Below are positions 37,870 through 44,807 of a DNA stretch of 44,807 nt, in pieces. Within the stretch, counting starts at the first letter, position 1. Each line of letters begins with the position of its first letter. The notes under the pieces are model-generated. The model saw nothing but the letters and a program-made list of their open reading frames with translations. It made no database searches and was not told where the DNA came from. This DNA is from Bacteroidia bacterium (GTDB lineage Bacteria > Bacteroidota > Bacteroidia > UBA7662). The stretch is from NCBI GenBank assembly GCA_041688385.1, contig JBDNIH010000017.1:1-44807 (forward strand). Direction: 5' to 3'. The position numbers and the translations under genes are program-made.

Positions 37870-38586
37870 TTAAGACAGACTCGTCAGGTCATTTATCCCT
37901 ATGGCCCTGCTAACGGTAAACCCTTCCCCATAAGTAGCCTGAATGTGTCGGCCCATCTCTCGAGAACGCGCCTCTAGAAAATTAAGAAAATCTGCTGTAC
38001 TAATTGGTGTTACAGGTTCCTGTGAATCAGCGCTATAAAACTGCGAACTAAAAGCTTTTATTGAAGCTATTTTGATTTCGTATGTAGCAGTGATATCTAC
38101 TACAAAATCGGGTTTTAGATATCGATCTTGGATGTAATGAAACAAGGAGGTTGGTCGCCAAGATACCTGGGATTGACCTTCCCAACTGGTATTTATTTTT
38201 TGCAAACCACTTAAAAAACAGGCATCAGCCACTAAGTCAGCTGCTCTACCGTGATCAATATGGCGATCGGCTATGGCGTTGGCGAGCACCACTTTGGGCT
38301 GGCACAAGCGGATTTGCTGTATGATTGCCAGTAAACTCGCCTCGTTCTTTTCAAAAAAGCCATCACGCATCCGCAGGTTATGGCGGTAATGAACGCCTAA
38401 AACCTTAGAGGATACGGCTGCCTCCAAATCACGGATTTCAGCGCTACCCCGGGTACCCATCTCACCACGGGTTAAATCGACTATCCCGACTTTTTGACCC
38501 ATTTGAATATGTTTCACCAATGTCCCAGCGCAACTAAGTTCCACGTCATCGGGATGTGCAGCAAAAGCAAGTATGTCAAGTTTCAT
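37870..38586 (-). CDS. bshB1: Bacillithiol biosynthesis deacetylase BshB1 (PIG-L family)
   Basis: MKLDILAFAAHPDDVEL, DLTRGEMGTRG, DRHIDH, PDFVVDIT, SQF, YGEGF. Confidence 0.88.
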   Translation of the reverse strand: MKLDILAFAAHPDDVELSCAGTLVKHIQMGQKVGIVDLTRGEMGTRGSAEIRDLEAAVSSKVLGVHYRHNLRMRDGFFEKNEASLLAIIQQIRLCQPKVVLANAIADRHIDHGRAADLVADACFLSGLQKINTSWEGQSQVSWRPTSLFHYIQDRYLKPDFVVDITATYEIKIASIKAFSSQFYSADSQEPVTPISTADFLNFLEARSREMGRHIQATYGEGFTVSRAIGINDLTSLS

Positions 38587-38664
38587 GGGCTAAATATACA
38601 GTCCTACCAGCGGTTTTAACAAGTAGACTAAGCTTGATTGCAGTTAACTAATCCATACTTTGAA

Positions 38665-39279
38665 TTACTGTAATGGCAGACCTGCCCTTTCGCGGGCTTC
38701 AATCATATTGAGAATGACTTCAATATCGCGGTCTTCTTGGGCATCGTATCCAGTTTTTAGGTTGGAACCGAATAAACTGGCTAAACTTTGCCACATAAAT
38801 GCTGAAAAACCACCCCTAAATTCTTTAATCAGGTCGTAAGAAGTTTTATCAGTTTCACGGTCGATAAGCTTAATCAAAATTTTCCCCTGCGAAATGGTCA
38901 GCTGAAGTAAAATCGGTTTGTATCGTTTTTTGAGGTCATCTTCTAGCTTTTTGGTCTCTGCTTTGTGACGACGTTCAGGTATTGTGTCTAATTTTTTCTC
39001 CAGCTTACGCAACTCAATACCCGCAGCTTTAGCGATGGGATAGACTTTTAATACGTTATAGTACAACCGACCAAACCGATATTCGTCTCTTTTATTTTTA
39101 AATTGACGTTTGCTGATCACATTAATCGGATCCATAAAAACGACAGGTATTGTATCTCCATTTTCATCGATGAAAGCCGGTAATTCCGCATTTTTGGGCA
39201 TGATAACCACAGTTTGCGCCTCAACAGATATGCCCAAAAGCAGCAGCAAGAACATAAATAGTGGTGTAGCGGATTTCAT
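38665..39279 (-). CDS. DUF4294-like exported protein
   Basis: Signal peptide; GDTIP, KVYPIAK, LT.SQGKILIKLIDRET..TSY.LIKE.RG..AF.WQ..A..FG..LK..YD. Confidence 0.78.
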   Translation of the reverse strand: MKSATPLFMFLLLLLGISVEAQTVVIMPKNAELPAFIDENGDTIPVVFMDPINVISKRQFKNKRDEYRFGRLYYNVLKVYPIAKAAGIELRKLEKKLDTIPERRHKAETKKLEDDLKKRYKPILLQLTISQGKILIKLIDRETDKTSYDLIKEFRGGFSAFMWQSLASLFGSNLKTGYDAQEDRDIEVILNMIEARERAGLPLQ

Positions 39280-39302
39280 CGGCTTTTTTGACAGGCTTTT
39301 GG

Positions 39303-39310
39303 TATTTTTG
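39303..39310 (+). promoter_or_regulatory. -7 element (TATTTTTG) for purB
   Basis: Exact TAnnTTTG match 48 bp upstream of ATG 39359. Confidence 0.55.
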
Positions 39311-39341
39311 CAGTGACGGGCGAATAACTCATAAATCGCTC

Positions 39342-39349
39342 CAAAATTA
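39342..39349 (-). promoter_or_regulatory. -7 element (TAATTTTG) for the DUF4294 gene
   Basis: Exact TAnnTTTG match on the minus strand, 62 bp upstream of ATG 39279. Confidence 0.5.
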
Positions 39350-39358
39350 CATCATCTC

Positions 39359-40708
39359 ATGTCATTAAGTCCACTAACCGCCCTATCTCCTATTGACGGT
39401 CGTTATCACCGCCAGACTGCCGCACTTTCGGGCTATTTCAGTGAGTTTGCCCTGATTCGTTATCGCGTACTGGTTGAAGTGGAATACCTTATCCTGCTCG
39501 CCAGCGAAAACTTGACAGGTCTCAAAGATTTCACTAACGAGGAAAAAGCAGCGCTACGACGTGTAATAACTGATTTTAGTCTCGCTGAAGCCCAACAAAT
39601 CAAAGACACTGAGAAAACCACCAATCACGACGTCAAGGCGGTTGAGTATTTCGTCAAAGACAAAGTGGCAGACTTGTGTGGCAGCAATCGACTGGAGTTT
39701 GTCCATTTTGGGCTTACCTCTCAGGATATTAATAATACGGCCGTGCCGCTCTCGCTAAAAGAGGCCATGCATGAAGTGCTGTTGCCCACACTGCATCAGC
39801 TTATCGATCAGCTCGAAGCCTGTGCCTACGAATGGCAAAATATTCCAATGCTCGCGCATACCCATGGTCAACCCGCCTCGCCCACACGTTTGGGCAAGGA
39901 GTTGATGGTTTTTGTAGAGCGACTGCGAAACCAAGTAGAGATGTTGGATCAGATTCCTTTTGGCGCCAAATTTGGCGGGGCTACCGGCAATTTTAACGCC
40001 CATCATGTGGCCTATCCAGACCGCGATTGGGTGACCTTTGGCAATCGTTTTGTTGGTGAAATATTAGGTTTACACCGCTACCAACATACCACTCAAATTG
40101 AGCATTACGACTATCTTGCTGCATTATGCGACAACCAAAAACGTATTAACACCATTTTACTGGATTTGAGTCGCGATATGTGGAGTTACATCGGTATGAA
40201 CTACTTCCGTCAACAGGTAAAAGCTGGTGAGGTGGGTTCTTCTGCCATGCCGCATAAGGTGAACCCGATAGACTTCGAAAATGCCGAAGGAAACTTGGGT
40301 ATTGCAAATGCACTACTTGAACATCTCGCTGCTAAACTACCCATATCGCGACTGCAGCGTGACTTAACAGATTCCACCGTGTTGCGCAATTTAGGTCTGC
40401 CCTTTGCTCATAGCCTCATTGCTTTTCGTTCCTTGGAAAAGGGTCTTGGGAAAATTCTTGTGAATGAAGCCGCTATTCAACGTGACTTAGAAGCCAATTG
40501 GGCCGTTATTGCAGAAGCCATTCAAACAATTTTACGTCGTGAGGGCTACGAAAAGCCCTATGAGGCACTTAAATCCCTCACGCGCACAGGTGGTGCTATC
40601 GGAGAAGCTGAAATAAAAACATTTATAACAAATTTATCTATATCTGATAGTGTAAAAGCCGAACTTTCCAGTATCACACCGTGGAATTATACTGGTATAG
40701 GATTTTGA
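39359..40708 (+). CDS. purB: Adenylosuccinate lyase
   Basis: ALSPIDGRY, TNHDVKAVEYF, HFGLTSQDINN, THGQPASPT, GSSAMPHKVNPIDFEN, SRLQRDLTDSTVLRN. Confidence 0.98.
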   Translation: MSLSPLTALSPIDGRYHRQTAALSGYFSEFALIRYRVLVEVEYLILLASENLTGLKDFTNEEKAALRRVITDFSLAEAQQIKDTEKTTNHDVKAVEYFVKDKVADLCGSNRLEFVHFGLTSQDINNTAVPLSLKEAMHEVLLPTLHQLIDQLEACAYEWQNIPMLAHTHGQPASPTRLGKELMVFVERLRNQVEMLDQIPFGAKFGGATGNFNAHHVAYPDRDWVTFGNRFVGEILGLHRYQHTTQIEHYDYLAALCDNQKRINTILLDLSRDMWSYIGMNYFRQQVKAGEVGSSAMPHKVNPIDFENAEGNLGIANALLEHLAAKLPISRLQRDLTDSTVLRNLGLPFAHSLIAFRSLEKGLGKILVNEAAIQRDLEANWAVIAEAIQTILRREGYEKPYEALKSLTRTGGAIGEAEIKTFITNLSISDSVKAELSSITPWNYTGIGF

Positions 40709-40709
40709 A

Positions 40710-40898
40710 ATGGAAGAAGGAGTTGACTATTACATCAACGAAAAAGGACTTTACGTATTTACGGAAGTCTACTTAAGTAAAAGGAGCTATTGCTGCAGAA
40801 ATTGCTGCAAACATTGCCCCTATGGCTATTCCAAACAAGCCACCCCCTATTTCGATTTTGCAAAAACTTTAGACGCCAAAAAAACACCCCCTGCGTGA
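40710..40898 (+). CDS. Small Cys-rich protein (DUF5522-like)
   Basis: EGVDYY...GLYVFTE.YL.KR.YCC..CCKHCPYG; starts 1 bp after the purB stop. Confidence 0.78.
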   Translation: MEEGVDYYINEKGLYVFTEVYLSKRSYCCRNCCKHCPYGYSKQATPYFDFAKTLDAKKTPPA

Positions 40899-41905
40899 TT
40901 GATACCCCCGTTTACGATCCATTCGAAAGTTTGGACTTCCGCTTCGACCGCTGCATGATCACCGGCGTGAAGATTGACCCCAAAGCAGACCTGGTGCAGT
41001 TGTTTCCTGATTGGCTGATCAACAAATACCATTTACAGGGAAAAACCATCACTTTGCTTACCGGCAGCACCATCCGTTATCCAGATATTAAAGTACCCAT
41101 TTCACGGGATGCCAGAGATGCTGGTTTAAATTATATGAACCGATCTGTTGGTGATTTGCTGCTAGCGGGATTTGACGGATTAAACTGGCTAAAACCGGCT
41201 CAGTTATACCATTTTTTGGTCTATCTCTACTACGGCGTTATCTATTATGAGATACATGAAAGTCTGCGGGTAAAAAGCGTGCGTAACGCCTTTCTCACCA
41301 ATGAAGACTTCAAAGCCAAGTTTCGCATATTACATGTGGTTTTGCAAGGCGCGATACGTCCAGTGACCTACCTCAATTTTGATCCGGGTTCGATGTTCAT
41401 TCTGCGTACTTATGATTACAAAAAACCAGAAGCGGCCTATGATTTCAAAATTGGCACCAATACACTGAGTATTAGCCTGCGGATGGGCGAGGTAGGCGTT
41501 ATGGCCTCCCTGCTAGACAATGGAACCCAAGCGCAGTTCTTCCAATCTTATTTCGAAAAGTTTGACGGTGCTACCCTCCATCCCATTCAGTTCGATGAAT
41601 TGTATGCCAAAATCAGCTACAAAGCCTGGTTAATGAACTCTGTTTTCGATTATGGTATCGAATTTCCCGATGTTGAAGATCCTGCCATCGCCATTTCTAT
41701 GCGTATTCCGGATGAAAAAAAGGAAGAAGCGGTGTTCAGAGATTGGGAAGATGGCGTGTATGGCACCATACTGCAAGCCTATCTCGCACCTTATGGCTTC
41801 CCTCCAGATAAAATTTTCGACAAAAGTGGACAATCCATCACCTTTCTCGAGACACCCACCGGTAAGCTACGGCACTTCGACGCCAACTTCAACGAGATCG
41901 GCTGA
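40895..41905 (+). CDS. Hypothetical protein with a degenerate HNH-like N-terminus
   Basis: GTG 40895 overlaps the upstream TGA (GTGA); YDPF..LDF, CMITG, LFPDWL, TLL.G..IRY..IKVP, LLDNG, LHPIQFDEL.A. Confidence 0.7.
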   Translation: MIDTPVYDPFESLDFRFDRCMITGVKIDPKADLVQLFPDWLINKYHLQGKTITLLTGSTIRYPDIKVPISRDARDAGLNYMNRSVGDLLLAGFDGLNWLKPAQLYHFLVYLYYGVIYYEIHESLRVKSVRNAFLTNEDFKAKFRILHVVLQGAIRPVTYLNFDPGSMFILRTYDYKKPEAAYDFKIGTNTLSISLRMGEVGVMASLLDNGTQAQFFQSYFEKFDGATLHPIQFDELYAKISYKAWLMNSVFDYGIEFPDVEDPAIAISMRIPDEKKEEAVFRDWEDGVYGTILQAYLAPYGFPPDKIFDKSGQSITFLETPTGKLRHFDANFNEIG

Positions 41906-42397
41906 TCCCCTTGGGCCAAGTTCGATGACCTGTAAGTCGTGTATCTTTCCTGCAGTGATGCTAAAACGGACCAGTGTTTTTACCAAATGAAACCCGTGGT
42001 TACCTGCAGCACCTGGATTGATATGTAAAAGTTGATGTTGTGTGTCGGGCATTACTTTAAGTATGTGGGAATGACCACAAATAAAAAGTCCAGGTTTGTA
42101 GCGAAGTAGTTGACTTTTAATGCGTGCTGGATAGCGCCCCGGAAAACCACCAATATGAGTCATATATATCCTCAAACCCGCAACTTCAAAAAAGCTATCC
42201 TCTGGAAACTGCCTTCTGGCTACTGCATCATCGATGTTTCCATATACGGCTCGTACTGGCTTAAATTTGGCTAGTTTATCTGTTAAACCGACCGGGCCTA
42301 TATCGCCAGCGTGCCAAATTTCATCTACCTCTTCGAAGTAGCTAAAAACTTTAGGGTCTAAAAAACCGTGGGTATCACTTAATAATCCTATCCGCAT
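41867..42397 (-). CDS. YfcE/MJ0936-family metallophosphoesterase
   Basis: LSDTH, HAGDIG, YGNID, THIGG, CGHSH, INPGAAG. Confidence 0.9.
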   Translation of the reverse strand: MRIGLLSDTHGFLDPKVFSYFEEVDEIWHAGDIGPVGLTDKLAKFKPVRAVYGNIDDAVARRQFPEDSFFEVAGLRIYMTHIGGFPGRYPARIKSQLLRYKPGLFICGHSHILKVMPDTQHQLLHINPGAAGNHGFHLVKTLVRFSITAGKIHDLQVIELGPRGSADLVEVGVEVP

Positions 42398-44016
42398 TAG
42401 GGTTTGATTTTTACGATGCGGAAAATATCAATGAATTGGGTACTCACCACTCGTACGGTGTAGGTTCCTTCTGGGAAACCGCGCATATCCAATGCAAAAC
42501 TTGCTTGGGCAATGATTGTTTTAGCAAGTACTCGCCTACCAGATAGGTCAAAAACCTGTATTTCAAGCCTTTCCTCTTCTGGCAAATCTAATTTAATAAT
42601 TACCTCGTCCTCAAAAGGATTTGGATACACTGCACTAGCAGAAATAGCTGCAATATTAAAATCAATTTGCCCGCCCCGTCTTACAGTGCTTGTGGCTCGT
42701 ATTTTATAACTACCTGGTAAAAATCCGGTTCGGAAAGGCAAACTTATTGTTCCATTGCTGGCAGTGGCCAACACGGTATCAAGCTGAAGGGCATTTCCCG
42801 GCTGTTCAATAAGTTGAAAACGTACTGGATGGCCGGAGAAACCACCCCCCAATTGATTTACCACACGAATCTGTAGATTGGTGGTCAGATTTTGATTGAT
42901 GCGTACCAACTGATTATTGCCATTAACAAGGAATAAGGTGTCTGCAAAGGGAGAAACAACGGAATCGGAACAGCCTGTGAGCAAAATATTGTTCGGGTTA
43001 TACAACGATGCTCTGAAAGTATAAACTGTCAAAGCAGCACGCATTCTCGTTTTTTGACCATTTGTAAAAACATTCATACAAACATCATCGCTGTAATCCA
43101 TGTAATTGGCAATCATACGCACATTACCACATTGCACTGGCGGCGTGCCACACCCAAAATACTGTCCGCTACAATTGGGGGTATCGAAAACATCATCATC
43201 AGACGCGCAGCCACCATCTCCCCAAGTATGCAATAAATTGAGAAAATGCCCGACTTCATGTGTTGTCGTTCGACCTAAACCAAAGGTATTGTCTACATTA
43301 AAAGTTTGACCTGGCAATTGTTTATCACGACTTCCAAAAAACTGACACCCTACCACCACTCCATCAATTTGTGCACGTTGCGGATCGGTAGCCATATCCT
43401 CTGGTAGATAGGCATAACCCAATATGCCGCTCATGTTTTTTACAACCCATATATTTAAATAACGATTCGTCGGCCAAATGCTCATGGACTTCATACTCAA
43501 GTCCAGACTAAAATTATGGTTATTCGAACTGGCATAACTTACCCGATTTATACCTGTGCTTGGATTGCCTACTGGGTCTCGGGTAGCCAGACAAAACTCT
43601 ATTTCGGCATCGGCACCGACTGGGTTGGAATTAAAACCACGAGAGCCCAGCATTTTCCTAAAATCTTCGTTTAATACCACTAATTGGCTAATAATTTGTG
43701 CTTCACTGATGTTGGACTGGGTACCGATTGGCTCGCCCGGTGCATGCATAACGTGCACGACAACTGGTATTTTTAAAATAGATTGAATGCGGAACTGCGG
43801 TTGGTTTTCGAACTCCAGCAGCTGATTTTCGAAAAGTTGTTGGGCTAACGCTTTGCGCTGGCGATAGGTGGGGTCCTGACTTTCTTGCCAAGCTTCTAAT
43901 AAAACATGCCCACATTTATCACTATGGTGGTAATCCTTGCTTGATTGGGCTTGAACACCAGTTAGACTGAAAAACGTAAGAACAAAGCTAAATGCGCGTA
44001 AAAGAGAAGTCCGCAT
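42397..44016 (-). CDS. M43 (pappalysin/ulilysin-like) zinc metalloprotease with Ig-like and T9SS C-terminal domains
   Basis: Signal peptide; prosegment CG, IPVVVHV, LGYAYLP, GRTTTHEVGHFLNLLHTW, DTP, NYMDY Met-turn, FT.GQK.RM; YPNPF...DLSGR...GTY CTD. Confidence 0.92.
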   Translation of the reverse strand: MRTSLLRAFSFVLTFFSLTGVQAQSSKDYHHSDKCGHVLLEAWQESQDPTYRQRKALAQQLFENQLLEFENQPQFRIQSILKIPVVVHVMHAPGEPIGTQSNISEAQIISQLVVLNEDFRKMLGSRGFNSNPVGADAEIEFCLATRDPVGNPSTGINRVSYASSNNHNFSLDLSMKSMSIWPTNRYLNIWVVKNMSGILGYAYLPEDMATDPQRAQIDGVVVGCQFFGSRDKQLPGQTFNVDNTFGLGRTTTHEVGHFLNLLHTWGDGGCASDDDVFDTPNCSGQYFGCGTPPVQCGNVRMIANYMDYSDDVCMNVFTNGQKTRMRAALTVYTFRASLYNPNNILLTGCSDSVVSPFADTLFLVNGNNQLVRINQNLTTNLQIRVVNQLGGGFSGHPVRFQLIEQPGNALQLDTVLATASNGTISLPFRTGFLPGSYKIRATSTVRRGGQIDFNIAAISASAVYPNPFEDEVIIKLDLPEEERLEIQVFDLSGRRVLAKTIIAQASFALDMRGFPEGTYTVRVVSTQFIDIFRIVKIKP

Positions 44017-44077
44017 GCGGAATAATTTCCCTCAAAATAAGAGATAAGTATTGTTTTGTTATAGCACTAATGTCATT

Positions 44078-44807
44078 TTAACGCAATACGTACTGCACGG
44101 TGTGGCGATTACGCTGCTCGAGTAGGACCGTTTTACCTTGAATTAAACCTTTTTCCAATCTTTCAGAATGGTGGCGTATGGTCCAGACACTCAAATTATT
44201 TTCAATGTGGATATCAAAATTATCTCCGACAGCCTTCAAAAAAGGTTCAATTTTGAACGGATCATCATCCACACATATCACAAAACTAATAGCGCTGTTT
44301 TGGGTCAGGTGGGCTTTCATTCCTAGTTTGTACAGTTCACCAAAAATAAAGCTCAGGCTCTCTTCTGCGATAAAACTAAAATCACGAGAAGCAAAGGAAA
44401 TCAAACACTGGTTCTTCTTAACGATAATACAGGGTGATGATTTGAGTTTATCGAGTTGTTTGATGACCGTACCTGGTGCTTGCGGGTTCAAAAACGACTT
44501 CACATACAAGGTAATACCCTTATTCTGGAGTGGTTTGATGGTTTTTGGATGAATAACGGAAGCTCCGTAATAGGTCATTTCAACCGCTTCTTGATAAGAT
44601 AGCTCATCGATTTTTTCGGCGAAAGGAAATAGCTTTGGATCGGCATTTAACACACCCGGCACATCTTTCCAGATAGTTAAATCATGTGCACCCAAACAAA
44701 ATGCAAAAATAGAAGCTGTAAAGTCAGATCCTTCCCTGCCCAAAGTTGTTGTAACTGTTTTACCCTTTACTCGTCCAATAAATCCTTGGGTGATATTAAT
44801 CCCTGCC
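44078..44807 (-). CDS. lysC: Aspartate kinase (5' end lies outside the window)
   Basis: Frame is open to the window edge: ITQGFIG...TTTLGREGSDFTAS, IWKDVPGVLNADP, YYGASVIHPKT, ACT-like C-terminus (QNSAISF). Confidence 0.93.
   Translation of the reverse strand, partial: AGINITQGFIGRVKGKTVTTTLGREGSDFTASIFAFCLGAHDLTIWKDVPGVLNADPKLFPFAEKIDELSYQEAVEMTYYGASVIHPKTIKPLQNKGITLYVKSFLNPQAPGTVIKQLDKLKSSPCIIVKKNQCLISFASRDFSFIAEESLSFIFGELYKLGMKAHLTQNSAISFVICVDDDPFKIEPFLKAVGDNFDIHIENNLSVWTIRHHSERLEKGLIQGKTVLLEQRNRHTVQYVLR

Noticed and set aside
40790-40894. Long overlap of the 371-aa ORF with the Cys-rich peptide
   Set aside because: A GTG start at 40895 (GTGA coupling) removes the overlap
1-44807. CRISPR arrays, tRNA/rRNA, transposases, integrases, prophage or defence genes
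   Set aside because: None recognised; intergenic gaps are short and every long ORF is otherwise accounted for

Overview
A 44.8-kb chromosomal window of roughly 42% GC (estimated by eye), almost certainly from a free-living Bacteroidota. Support: TAnnTTTG -7 promoter boxes, T9SS C-terminal domains, a long NusB, DUF3276, and the gyrA-TPR and leuDH-nusB-DUF1573-yajC-ybbR-coaE gene orders. Most of it is dense housekeeping DNA (msrA, gyrA, exbBD-tonB-folC-rnhA, fbp, fmt, smc, purB, partial lysC). I saw no mobile elements, rRNA/tRNA or CRISPR. The most interesting part is a four-gene extracytoplasmic metalloenzyme locus at about 29.3-35.3 kb. On the + strand, a redoxin is translationally coupled to a c-heme/PHM-type dicopper monooxygenase. 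These converge on a Sec/T9SS-exported PhoX-family protein followed by an imelysin-like/MauG-type diheme fusion. An 11-bp-periodic, Pho-box-like repeat array lies upstream of phoX. Also found: an rsmF-like pseudogene with the whole catalytic core deleted, which the ORF track catches only as a fragment; a Cys-rich microprotein coupled to a degenerate HNH-like protein after purB; and several tight divergent promoter arrangements. All calls come from motif recognition; no database searches were run.
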